Assembly (NCBI GenBank): GCA_012295275.1
Contig: CM022672.1
Span: forward strand, 8,618,001 to 8,682,000
Direction: 5' to 3'
Length of the DNA: 64,000 nucleotides
From: Chrysomallon squamiferum
Lineage: Eukaryota; Animalia; Mollusca
Part shown: positions 12,501 to 26,900 of the stretch, piece by piece
Numbering within the stretch: the stretch's first letter is position 1
Layout: each line of letters opens with the position of its first letter
The notes under the pieces: model-generated
What the model saw: the letters and a program-made list of their open reading frames with translations, nothing else
What the model was told of the DNA's origin: nothing
Database searches by the model: none
Made by a program: the position numbers and the translations under genes

Positions 12501-15500
12501 ATGTCTGTCTGTCTGTTTTATATGAAAACATTTCTTATTGTCTGTCCTTTCTGGTAAAAACTGTTACCATGAAATGGTTTCTTGTTGTTTCTTTTTTTTC
12601 TTTTTCTTTTTTCTTTGCAGGGGTGATTATGTTTCTTTTAAATTTTACCCTCTTAAATTGACTTACTGGATGATAATTCTCTTATAGCAATTATCTGTAT
12701 TTTAATATATTTCAGAAGGTTTAATTATTTATTAATACCCAGATTTCCCGTGGAAAGCATCCCACTGTAAAGGGTTGAATCCTTCCTGATTGGCGATGGT
12801 TAGATCGATGTCTGGGCACATGAGGAGAAATTGAGCACAGGAGATTTCATTTTCTCTTATAGCATCATGGAGTGGTGTGTCCCCGGATATATCCTATCAT
12901 CAACACAAAAGTGAAAAATATGTACTACAAGAATAGAGGATTTAAAAACATGTTATTAAACATTTGAAAAAATGATTTAAAAACCTGTTACTTTTGTCCG
13001 TTAAACCAAAATCAAACTTTGAGAAATATATGCTTGAATAAAATGTTATCCTTGTTCTCTCAATGAGAATTTATAGAATTACTTAATTGTGTAAATGAAA
13101 TTTATTTTTATTTTTTTTTTTAGTAGTTTATATAAAAAAAGAGTCAAATGTCAGTGTTAGATTACAAACCTGATACTCTTAAATAATAATAATAATAATA
13201 CTGTGTATTAGAAAACACATACACATGATTTTATAATATTTGTGTAATAGTAAATTGTGATTTTTTACAGGGTTTTTTAACAAACATTTTGCAAATTATG
13301 TGTCAGCCTACTGACTGACAGATAATTACAAGAAAGTGCAAACTGAAAATTGGAAGAAGTGTGATTCGTAAGAATTTTTTATTTTTGTTTTTAGTTAAGG
13401 CTAATAGAGAGATGTGAGTATCTTACAGCTGAGTTGACATCATTCCCTCTCCTTATCAGATCATATACTATTGATGGATCTCCAGTCTGTACAGCAAGAT
13501 GAAGAGCTGTCTGTCCTATGTCATTGACAACCTCAGTGTCTGCATTCTTTTCCAGGAGGAATTTAACAACGTCAACATGTTTCCTGTTGTTTACAGTAAT
13601 AATGTTTAAACATTTTCACAAAGTGGTAAAATGTCAGTTTAGTTTTCATTCGAAGTGTTGAAGATAAAAAAAAATGTCATTGCTGTTGCTGCTCCATATC
13701 ATCCTTCACTCTTTTATTTATTTATTTAGTTATTTAGTTATTTGACTGGTATAATAAAACATTAACAAAATAGCTATAATCTAAAATTATAAATCTTTTT
13801 ATGCTATAAAATAATAATAATAATCGTGATAAAAATAATAAATATAAAAATAATAATAATAATAAATAACAGATGTTGTTGTCGTTGTATAAATGAATAA
13901 ATAAATAAATAAATAAATAAATTAAATTAAAATAAATTAAATTAATAGAAAAAATATAAAAATAAATCATAATTTATTCACTTACCTAATCATTGCAAGC
14001 ATAAGTGCTGTGTTACCTCGAGAGTTTCTCACATTTAACTGACTTCCTTTTTCCAGTAGATATTTGACAATTTCCAGTTTGCCTTCCCTTGCTGCTATAT
14101 TTAAACATGTTAGACCGTTTCGTGGACTGAGTTTAATCTAAGAATACACAGCCAAAAATAAAACAAATTTCAACAAAACAACCATTACAAAATACAGCAT
14201 TACCTTAGTCGATTCAAATTTATATTTAACAAACAACACCTTTGACGTGTGTCTTTAACTGTTACACTCTCAATAATTAACTAAGTGATTGTGTTCAGTA
14301 TAACATGGAAGTTATAGATTATATTCAGTTAACATATAGACTGTAGGCCGTGTTCAGTTTAATATATAAATTATAGATTGTGTTCAGTTAACATGTAAAC
14401 TGTAGATTGTGTTCAGTTTAATATGTAAATTGTAGATTGAGTTCAGTTTAAGATGTAAATTATAGACTGTGTTCAGTTTAATATGTAAATTGTAGATTGA
14501 GTTCAGTTTAATATGTAAATTGTAGATTGAGTTCAGTTTAAGATGTAAATTGTAGATTGAGTTCAGTTTAATATGTAAATTATAGATTGAGTTCAGTTTA
14601 AGATGTAAATTATAGACTGTGTTCAGTTTAATATGTACATTTCAGATTTTATTTACTTTAAAATGTAACCTGCACGTTGTTTTTGGATTAACATGTAAGT
14701 TATAGATTGTGTTCACTTATAGAGTGTTTTTAGTTTAATGTTTAAATTATAGACTGTCTTCAGCTTAACATGAAAATTGAAGATTGTGTTCAGTTTAACA
14801 TCTAAATTGTAGATATTTTTCAGGTTATTGTGTAAATTATAATAGTGTTCAGTTTAACATGTAAATTGTACATTGTGTTCTTTTTAACATGTAAATTGTA
14901 GATTGTTTTTAATTTAATTGTAAATTATAGATTGTGTTCAGATTAACATCTAAATTTCAGACTGTGTTCATTTTAACATGTAAAATAGAGATTGTGTTCA
15001 GTTTAACATATAAATAGACTGTGTTCAGTTTAACATCTAAATAGTAGATTATGTTCAGTTTAACATGTAAATTATAGATTGTGTTCAATTTAGCATCTGG
15101 ATTATAGATTGTGTTCAGTTTAACATGTTCATTTTATATATTTCACTTTAACAGAAAAACTGTACCTATGTCCAACTAGCTGTACTATTTATACTTACCA
15201 ACTTTGGTCTTATGTCCAACTAGGTAAACTATTTATGTACTTACTCTTATCACCCTTGTTCTTATGTTAAACTAGCTGTATTACTTATATTTACTAACAT
15301 TGTTCTTATGTCAAACTATTTCAACTACTTATACTTACCAGTCTGGGATATTTCTCACAATTTTCTTAACTTCCTCAACATCTGATTTTTCAACAGCTTC
15401 TAAAAACTCCTTTGCACCCTCTTCCTCTTTAGTTTCTTTAGTCTTTTCTTCTTTCTGAATATCTTTCAGTTTCTTTTCTAATGCTGGAAGAATATAAAAT

Positions 15501-18500
15501 ACAACATACAGGTGTAAAAAACCGATACACAGATGTAAAATACATTTACAATCTCTGGAAGTGATTTAAGCATGTTCTTAAAATTCGGTTGCTTCTTTCT
15601 GTTACATAATTATTTTTGTACACACAAAATAAATCTACAAATACAAACACAATTTGTAAACAATTTGTAACAAATTGGTACAATTAAAACATTGAAAAGA
15701 ACCACTGAGATAACTTGATTCTACCTAACTTGAAAGATAGCGTCAGCTAAACCTAAAGGATCCGATTGAAGTCCTGTCTTAGAGGCTGGCAGACAGCAGG
15801 CAGGGTTAAACACAAACACTTTCTTTCCAAACCTAACATTGACGTCTCCATGGGAATCTACATGTACAACTTCACCAACTTTTCCAAGGATCTGAAATAG
15901 ACATTACACTAGTTTGTAAAATCTGAATATTATTGAAATTCGGTTTACATATCTCACATTGTTTGTGACTTATATAAAGTATGTGACAGAAAAATACAGC
16001 AGTGTTCTGAATGATTTTTAGAAAGGTTTACAAAATGTCTGGTTCACTTATCTGTAACATATGCAACGCATACTCTAACTATAATTTATGACATATTAGA
16101 CTAAATTATTACATTCTGTTATTCAAGATTACTTTACAAAGACTTAATTAACTTTGTATGGACACAGTATGATACAACACAGCACATTTAAACCTGTTTC
16201 ATTTGATTTGTCCAACCTCCATGACCTTTCTGTAAGCGTTTGACCTTTTCCGGATCATCAATAATCCGCACTGCATTTCCTCTTACAATCTACAATTAAA
16301 ACAACAACAAAAACAAGTACTAACAACAGTCATCAGTAACAGATTCACTCTACAACAATGTGTGACACAAAAGTACTGTCCTTCCTTATCTAGAATGAAA
16401 ATAATAATAAAAATTAACGAGGCCTTTAGGAAGTATTAATGTAGAAAATCGTTAAATGTACACAATGGATATTTCTTGTGAAGTCCAAAATGTTTTCCTC
16501 AAATCAGAAATAGTGGTATCTTAGTTTTCAGATAGTTTTGCACCAAGAAAATATTAACCATACTATATATAAAAAAATAAAAAATAACGTAAAAATAAAA
16601 ATAAATAATCCTGCAAACTATGTGTATAAACTCTATTACAAATATAAATGGAATGTGTATTTTGACATCCAAGACACTTCTGGTGACAAGCAATTTCAGA
16701 TGAAGGATTCTCAGCTGTAATATTCAGTTCTGATATTGTTTTGTAGTAACAACATGGCTTTAATCCTTTGATAAATTGATCGTTAAAGAAATGCTGCAAT
16801 ATTCAGTTCTGATGTTATTTTGTAGTAAAAAGATGGTTTTAATCCATTGATACGTTTATCATCTAAGATATGCTGGTCTCAGAATCATTCCGTCTTAGTG
16901 CTAACATTTCATTGCTGTACACTGTGATCAGTGCATGACAAACATGATATTTATGATATTCACGTTGAGGTCTGTGCAAGTTTCCAGATATTGCGCACGT
17001 TTTTCCTGTGCTGTATTGTAAACGTTTGAGAAGAAAATGGTCATTTAATACGAAAACGTTTGTCACTGATTAACATGTAGGATATTTCACTTTTGTGTGT
17101 GTTTTTTCTTTTTTTAGATTTCTACGTTGAGGGTTTGTTGTGAAGACAACTTGAAGAAAGCTGTTGTCGGAGATTTTAACAAAACTCATACTAACTTAAT
17201 TCGGTTTTAACAATGGTCATACTAACTTGCTTCTATTTTAGCAAAACTCATTCTAACTTGGTTCTGATGCTTTAACTCACTTTACATTGTAAATATCCAC
17301 ATATAAAACAATCTCCACATTATTAACTACTTCACTGAAAATATGTTACATACCAAATCATGACATACGAAAAATTCATCTTATTCTCTTGTATGAGGAT
17401 CGCTTATCCGTTATTCAAAAATTTGAAAACACTGAAATCTGAAACTTTTTTTTTTTTTTTACCATCCGAAATATGATATCATATCTTTCAATTGGTTAGA
17501 GAATTTTTTTTTTTTTTTCAAAACATTATATAAAAATATTATGTAAAAATATTTATGAAATAGAAATTGATTTTGTGTTCAGATATCCTTGAGTTCCAAA
17601 ATCTAAATTCTGAAATCCGAAACGCTTCCAGTCCCAAGCATTTCAGATGAGAGATTCTCAAATTACAACAAGAATTAGACCAGCCTTAAAAAATGATTGA
17701 AAATAAATATTTAGAATTAAACTAATTAAATTAATTATTTATTTAGTTAATACATAAAACGAAATTTACTGAAAAACTTTGTCAAACCTTCGCTGAATGT
17801 TCTTCTGCAGCTTCTGCTGATGATATCTCCTCTTGTGAAAGTTCAGCGTAAGTTGAATCTATAAGTATTACAAAAAATTCATTATAAAAACATTTTCATC
17901 TCAGAATAACATTTCAATAACGCTATATTTTTTAAAATATAAAGAATTTTACATATAAGTAAATTATGTAAAATTTGGAGCAGTTAATGTTACCTAGAAC
18001 GGGCAAATGTTGAGGGTAACACTGAGGTCCTGGTGCAGGCTGTAAACACTGGACATCGACTTGACCTTTATGACCAACACGACACGTAGTTATCTCCCCT
18101 GTCTGCCAAGCGACAGTCACTGCAGATCTGTACGATTTAGAATCGTGACTGATGATCCTTGTCACTGTCCCTCTTTTACCTGATCCACCTGTAAAGTGTT
18201 TCTTTCTTTATTCATTTATTTATTTACTTATTTGTAGTAGAACGGTGGACAATTAAAATTGTTAATTCAGATATCATCATTACCACTAATGGAATTATAG
18301 GTGATACAAAAAATATTAAGACTTTCTAATTAACAAAATCAATGGTAATAAAATGATTTTTATATTTTTATATATATATATAGATAGAGATATACACATA
18401 TATATATATTTTTTGAATGTATGATATGAAATGAAGATAGAAATGTAATTTTAACCGTCTTTGTCATTCTGGTCCCAGTTAATTCCATTAATAACGACCG

Positions 18501-19102
18501 CACCAGGGAACAGTCCGTGGGTTTTAATCAGTGTTGAACCGTTTCGTTCTGGCACCACCCTCCTGCATAGAAACATGTAAAATTATAATATATAACTTTC
18601 AAGTTCGACATTAATATTAGGAATATCACTGTGAAAGCAGTTATAATGATCTAGGCTGTTATTGTATACCAGCAGATATAAATTTACTTTTCCTAGTTTC
18701 ACTCCTATTGGCACCGCCTGTTCAGTGACGTCATGAAATTACTACATTTCAACTATTATATATGAAATATATACTAGAGGCCTAATACGTATTTTAATAC
18801 GTAATGCTATAAGACTCATATACGACAGTCACATTTATTTACCTTCCTGATGTCGCTGTGTCGTATCGAACAAAGCCGTGTGAATGATCATGCTTTCCCA
18901 TGAAGTAACACAAAGAACACAAGTGTAAATCTTTACATGTCTTACACGACCATCTCATTCCTATTATATCTTTCTCTCCACATCCATTACAAACTTTATC
19001 TTTATGTCGAATTCCTGAAAAGAGGAAAAATAAATAAATAAATAAATAAATAATCATATAAAACAAGAGTAACAAACAAAATGCTACTACTACTACTACT
19101 AC

Positions 19103-19140
<38 letters not shown>

Positions 19141-19188
19141 GTAATAATAGTAATAATAAAAATTAAAATAGTGATGATGATGATGATG

Positions 19189-19233
<45 letters not shown>

Positions 19234-19452
19234 TAAACAATTGTCACCTATTGGGGCAGTGTCAACAATTCGTAAGTCAAACTTGTTTCCTTTTCCAGCA
19301 GAGGAAATTGTTACTTTTCCGTTGTCCCAAATCACTGTGCATGTTTTATCTTCTGCATAAGACGTTATTGTTCCCAGATGACCTTCACCTCCATCTATGT
19401 CTCCTCTTGGCCAATCTGGACCTCGCATAACTCGAATCCCAACAGACACCAT
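10128..19452 (-). CDS. MIB2: Mind bomb 2-like protein, copy B: Mib-herc2 / ZZ / Mib-herc2 / one Mib repeat / ankyrin array, no RING (about 693 aa; possibly a young pseudogene)
   Basis: Exons 19452-19248, 19014-18843 (ZZ), 18562-18456, 18188-17994 (AVTVAWQTG...CRVGHKGQVDVQC), 17858-17788, 16289-16194 (VRIIDDPEKVKRLQKGHGGW), 15891-15753 (ILGKVGEV..VDSHGDVNVRF..FNPACC), 15483-15339, 14137 (or 14126)-13986, 13583-13427 (GQTALHLAV), 12893-12739 (GDTPLHDAI), 12302-12170 (GESALHIAA), 11626-11524 (ATPLHHAC), 10529-10459 (QDTPLHIV), 10319-10128 (GADVDLKNEDGKTPFD...TGA). All junctions are GT-AG and in phase except exon 8/9 (see findings). Confidence 0.85.
10990..11140. repeat. (TAGA)n-(TACA)n tetranucleotide microsatellite, intronic
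   Basis: Directly visible. Confidence 0.95.
14287..15152. repeat. 30-bp minisatellite (tagattgtgttcagtttaacatgtaaat(t/g).), about 28 units, in intron 8 of MIB2-like copy B
   Basis: Head-to-tail 30-bp periodicity, most homogeneous at 14400-14640 and degenerate at the edges. Confidence 0.95.
17390..17665. mobile_element. Putative pogo/Tigger-like non-autonomous DNA transposon (MITE) remnant in a MIB2-like intron
   Basis: Imperfect terminal inverted repeats (tgaggatcgcttatccg ... cagatgagagattctca). The right end gaaatccgaaacgcttccagtcccaagcatttcagatgagagattctca resembles Tigger4/MER46-type ends as recalled from memory, not by database search. Confidence 0.5.
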
Positions 19453-20189
19453 GTTATCTGATTAAGACTTAAGACTCAAAAATAGAAAAATAAAAAGAGT
19501 GTGTATATATATCCCAAAAATTTAGAAATACCCACAACTAAATTTGTAACTTTTATTAAGACATTTAGATATAGTATATAGACTTTAAATTTTTTATGAA
19601 AATGAAATCAAATTTTATATGAGACATAAGGAAATTGAAACCTTGAAACCTATCTACATGTAACTGGAAATGTTTGGTAACATTGGTAAAACAATAATAT
19701 TATTACTTTAGTACTACTACTAATATTACTACTACTACTACTACTACTATTACTACTTCTACTACTACTACTATTATTACAACTATTATTACTACTACTA
19801 CTACTACTACCACCACTATTACCATTACAACTACTATTACTAAAAAAAAAAAAAAATCAAATATACTACTAAAAAAAAATAAAAAAATAAATAAATAAAA
19901 AGACATTAAAACTTTTGTAATTAGATAAAATAACGTGATTTCTTAATTTTTACTTTTATTTGTCATAACTTATTATTTTGATTCACACATTTAGAGAGAT
20001 TTAAAAATAATTAAAGTTGAGATATTTTAGCTAACATGAAAGAAATAAAATTTAGTTCGGAAACGTTTTATCTGAAAAGTCCTGATAACAAACAGTTATT
20101 ATGTCTTAGGACACTAGGAGAGAAATTAAACACTTCTACACAAAACACGTTTGTAAATAAAGTTTTAAATATAATATTCATCTGTACTT

Positions 20190-20331
20190 ACCTGTATAAA
20201 ATTAACAGATTTTCTTAACAAAATGTATTTCCAAATCTTTTGAGGAAATTGAAACTGAATCTGTAATCTATATATAACTTGGAAAAACCCGTCCATATGT
20301 TCTAAATTTAGTTAGCCACCATGGCCGGAAG
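20190..20331 (-). promoter_or_regulatory. Candidate promoter and non-coding first exon of MIB2-like copy B
   Basis: In minus-strand order: ETS-like CCGGAAG (20325-20331), kB-like GGGTTTTTCC (20290-20281), TATATA (about 20277-20269), ISRE-like GAAATTGAAACT (20245-20256), then consensus donor CAG|GTAAGT at 20192. Largely conserved in the copies at about 3165-3310 and 4950-5095. Confidence 0.45.
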
Positions 20332-23300
20332 CAAGTTAACAGTTGTTTATTTTTATGATTATCTTACCAGATTCAAGTTAATAAATGTTTAGTTGCTGCT
20401 CTGAAGAAATATCACTGTTATTCAATTACAGCGATACAATTAGAACCATGCAAGAGAAATAAATAAACATAAATAAGTAAATAAATAATAAAGATCAGTA
20501 AATAAATCAATAAATATTGACGCGAAATTTAAACGAAAAGAAGGAAAAATTATTTGAAGAAATAATTTTCATCGAACGTTTTCATTTAAAACTTGAATCA
20601 AAGATTTCACCAGATGAGTGGAAGCGGATAAACGCGGACAGCTACTTACCAGTGAGAAACAATTGTTTGATTCGTCGTGTTCTATACACACCAACCCGCG
20701 CGTACCCACGCACACGTAGATACACACAATACACACACTCCCGCACACACACACACACACATAGACAAAATATTTTTTTTTCCTTATACATTTAAAATAC
20801 TATTAAGTATTTCGTGATTTTATTCATCAAAGGAAGGAGTAATTTTAGTGTTGTGCGTTTTATTCGGCGAGTTAAAGTTAATGTATTTTATAATTTCTGT
20901 ACCTATGGTGAACAGTCCCCCAGGGACACATTTTTCAAGTATGAGTTCCCGTATTAGCCACACGGAGGTGGGGGTATCATCACTCACCAGGTGATTCCTT
21001 GTCGCTGCGTTTAAGGTACATTGTTTATTTATTTTCTGTCCTTGTTTATTTACTGTTTGTTTTTTTTTTTTCTTTCCTTGCATTAATTTTATTTTATTTT
21101 ATTTATTTTATTTTATTTTATTAGTTAATTTTTTTTTTTTTTTTTTTTTACTTTATTTTACTTTATTATTATTTTTTATTATCTATTTTATTATCACTTT
21201 ATTTTGTTTTCTCTTAATGCACTTTATTTTATTTATTTATTTTTATTTTTTTTTTTTATTCATTTAATGTTCTATTCCACATTCTGTTTATTATTAGTGG
21301 TGAGGAATAATTGTTGGGTAGACATTCCAATATAAAATAATTGTATAAATTTATTAAACAATAAATTCATAATTAAGAAAAAATTTAAATTTGTAAAATT
21401 AAAAATAGAGAAAAATATTCAAGAAAAAGATGTAAAGAACAGTATTTCCCGCTGACAGTTTAAAATGTGACTGTTTTATTACTGTACATATTAAATATAC
21501 TACGTACGAACGAAATGATGCTTATTTTGAAGATTATTACGATGGGATATAATGCGGCGCGAAATACAAATATTAATATTTATGTGTCTGTTTCGTATAT
21601 GCAAATAAACTGTATCTTATTGCTAGAGATGTGACAGGATAAAACAAGATGCTGAATTCAAATAGCAATGTGTGTGAGTCCGCTATAAACTTTTTTAATA
21701 AACTGTTTTGTGTTATTGTTATCGAGATTAGATTTACTATATATCAGCGAAATGATATTTATTTTGAAACCAGAGAACGTAACTGTGTACTTAGCGTCTG
21801 GGGAAAGGGAAGGAAAAAAAGAGAAAAGAAATGAGATTAGAGACTCTGACCTAAATACCTAAATCAAGCCTCCTCCTCCACTCCACCTCGATGTTATTTC
21901 TACAAGTAACACGATGTGAAATAACAAGTAATACGATGTGAAATAACAAGTAATACGATGTGAAATAACAAGGGCGGAGAAATACAAATATTAATATTTA
22001 CGTGTTTTTTTTAACGTACACGCAAATGCATTGTCTTATTGCTAATGTAGAAATAATATATGTAATCCATTAAATATATTGTATATCTTATTTGTCTTCT
22101 ATTAAGGAAATGATACATTAAATAAATAAACCGTATGACATTACTATTGCAGATATGTATCATGTAATCGAATCAGTAGAAATTAAACCTAACTGCCATC
22201 ATGGAACCATATTAAACTATTGTTACCGAAATGATGTTTTAGTTACTGTAGAGATAAATAATGCAACAATTATAATCTAAACTTTACTCTTAGCAAGGTT
22301 TTGTTATGGAAGTGTTATACATGTACTAAATAAATAGACCGTATTGTAGAAATATTAGTATTATGTGTCTATATATAAATTTTGTCATATTATGCTAATC
22401 TAGAAGTAGTGTGTGCAATCCATTCAATGTAGAGTGACCCTTGTTTTACTGCTATTAAGGAAATGATGTAGTATTTAATGAAATAAGTAGAAAATAAACA
22501 TTAGTCTTATATCGGAACCATACTGAAATGTTATCGATGTTTCGTTTTAAATAAAGAGATGAAATATAATCGTATAATTAAAACATGAATAAAACCTATT
22601 CTTTTCCTGTTGCGAAAATAACATAATGCTTGTGTTGAAGAAACTGAATAATAAATAATAAATAATCAGTGCTTTATATGCTAACTTTTAGAACTGACGT
22701 ACTGGAAATATGAATGAAATGGTTATTACTTCAAAACAGAATTAAGTGGAAATTCGAAAATGAAAGAGAAAGAGAAAAAAGAAATCCTATAATAATTGTA
22801 TTGATATACCTAAATCGAGCCTCCCATTCAGTCCCAGCTTGCTGTAATTTTCTATGAATGACGTAATGGTGTAAAACGAACCGTGATATAAATCTAAAAT
22901 TTGTGTATTTCTATAATATATTTATATCAATACAAATCTAATGTATTTATATCAATACAAATCTAATATTTGCGGTTATCTAGAATATATTTATGTCAAT
23001 ACAAATCTAATATTTTTGTAGATTGTTGAAATAATAAGGATTGCAAAAGAAGAAGAAAAAAAATGGTGACATCTTTTTTGTGTGTGAACAGTGTTTGATA
23101 AATGATACATGTTGTAATGCGATGCTAAATACAAAAAACACGAGTAAATTTGTTTTTATCTACTAGGCATTTATATAAATAAACACTGTGTCAATAATAA
23201 AAGAAATGGATCGCACTACTGTGGAAATAGTATTTCATTACCAGAAATGTTAACTGGTTAGTCGGGATCTCGCTAAATTACAAAACGTGAGATTGTATTC

Positions 23301-23528
23301 AAATATGTATATGTATGTAACTATTATATATGAATAAAGATTTAAAAACTAAAACTAGATAGAACTAAATGAACTGTACAATTTCGATACAACTGGGTTA
23401 GCTGGAGAAATATCTAAATGCTGGAAAATTTAAAGTAATATTTTGTTATTTTTATAATTTATTTATTTATTTATTTATTTTTGTTCTTATTTTCTTTTCT
23501 TTATTTATTTATTTCTTATTATTTCTTC

Positions 23529-23570
<42 letters not shown>

Positions 23571-25445
23571 TTATTATTTATTGTTTTCTTAATGATATAT
23601 AACTATTATTAACTTTGTATTTATTGTGTCGTATACTGATAAATTTAAAAGAAATTTTTTACGCAAATTTAGATGGTTCACCAAAATCTATGTTTTATAA
23701 AATTTATATACCAAGTTTGATAAAACATCCTGAATGCCAAGTTTGAAAAATTATTTCCGATCAAGAACCTTAAGTGCTGTAATATCTCTAAAACTTCTTT
23801 GAATATCGACCAAAAACCTGAAAACAAGAAAAAAAAAAATAATTAGTTATTCTGTACTCACTGGATTTCCAAGAATTAATGAAGTAAATCCACAAAATCC
23901 GAGATTAACCAAAATTCAAAATAATCCAAATGCTGTCACCTATCAAGTTAATTATCGGAGTCACGTCATTCCATTGTTGACGTTGTTTTTATACCAAGAG
24001 AGCGGACGTCACTGAAATCAGTAACGACGGCGCTAATATAAAAGTAACATCAATGCTGTGTTTCTTATTCCCAGTAATTAGTTAATTTCGCTCTTATTTT
24101 GTACAATTCACTTCCGATTTTAATGAAAATCTATTGAAAACGTGATGTTACTTGAATATATTGGTATCATTTTATTTTAAACTATTAAATTATGAGCAAA
24201 TATTATAAGAATTCGAAGATAGAGATGTTTTCAGTGTTGGCAAGATACTAAATTGTCTGTTTAGCATTTAGACTATACCATATTCTCTGCTATTTTTTAA
24301 AATTCCAAGTAATTTTAACAGTCTTATGACATTCTCGTCACACATTTTTTTCTGTTTTCCAATGTAATAAATGGTCGTTAAGTGATCTCTTTTTGTCATA
24401 TTATGATATTTATCACAAAGAGATGAACAAAGTACCCGACTGCTAATATCTCTGTCTGTCTGTTTGTCTGTGTCTTTAATTTATTCCACCTTTTCGGTTT
24501 TGAGTCAAACAAAAAACCCCAAAGGACTGTGTCGTCATGTACCAGCATATTTGTAGTACTAATAGTAGTAGTAGCAGTAGTAGTAAGAAAAGTAGTAGTA
24601 TTGTTTGCAGCAACTGAATACTAGACGAAGAAAAAGCAATAATAACAGTAGTACCAGTGGTGGGGGCTGCAGTAATTATAACAGAAGTAGTAATCATGGT
24701 GGTGTTTGAAAGAGATCTAGTAATCGTTGTTGTGATAGTAACAGTAGAATCTAACAGAATCTGACAAAATATGTATTCATTACTACAGGGTGCTTGCAAT
24801 GTAATTTTGGAAACCAGAATGATTTTTCTGAGTGAATTATTTATCCTCAATCTTTTATTTTTTTCTGATAAAAACAAAAGGAACTCGATTTTACATTAAA
24901 TGTTTACAAATTTTCTCCTCTATTTGATTCACATATTCTTTTTTATAAACAGCAGAAGTTTCACATATCAAAGTTTATAAATGATAATTAGGTGCTTGAT
25001 ATCCGTGACAATTTGTTTGAAATGGGATACTCAGTAATTTTGATCATTACTTTATTACAGTTTTGTCCCTGTTATGAAAATTACTTATTGATCATTCATT
25101 AACAAATACTAAATACAGTGAACCGTCGAAAATTGGAAGAAGACTGAGGGTCCGTCGCTTGCAGAGGTAGTGAAATAAATAAATGAAAGAAATAAAATGT
25201 GCTATAAGTATCTTATTTTATTCTAAAAACAAATAACAAAAATAAAAATAAAATAAAATAAAATAAGAAATTGCCCTTTTCAGACTCAACCGTTTGTTAC
25301 TGAAGGGTGTAAAATTGACGTTGGTTATATCTGGTTTCACTGTGTTAAATACGACACTTAGTCTTTAAAAGACAACTAATATGTGACGAAATTCACAAAA
25401 CACGAAATATTTGTTCCGAGCAGACTGATTTTAACATTATATTTC

Positions 25446-26900
<1,455 letters not shown>

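Noticed and set aside
14287-15152. 30-bp periodic array as a CRISPR array
   Set aside because: Units are contiguous with no unique spacers, no cas genes are present, and it lies in a eukaryotic intron: a minisatellite.
21905-23200. Short 23-bp triple repeat and degenerate re-iterations of 21560-21900
   Set aside because: Ordinary local tandem duplications with no evidence of function.
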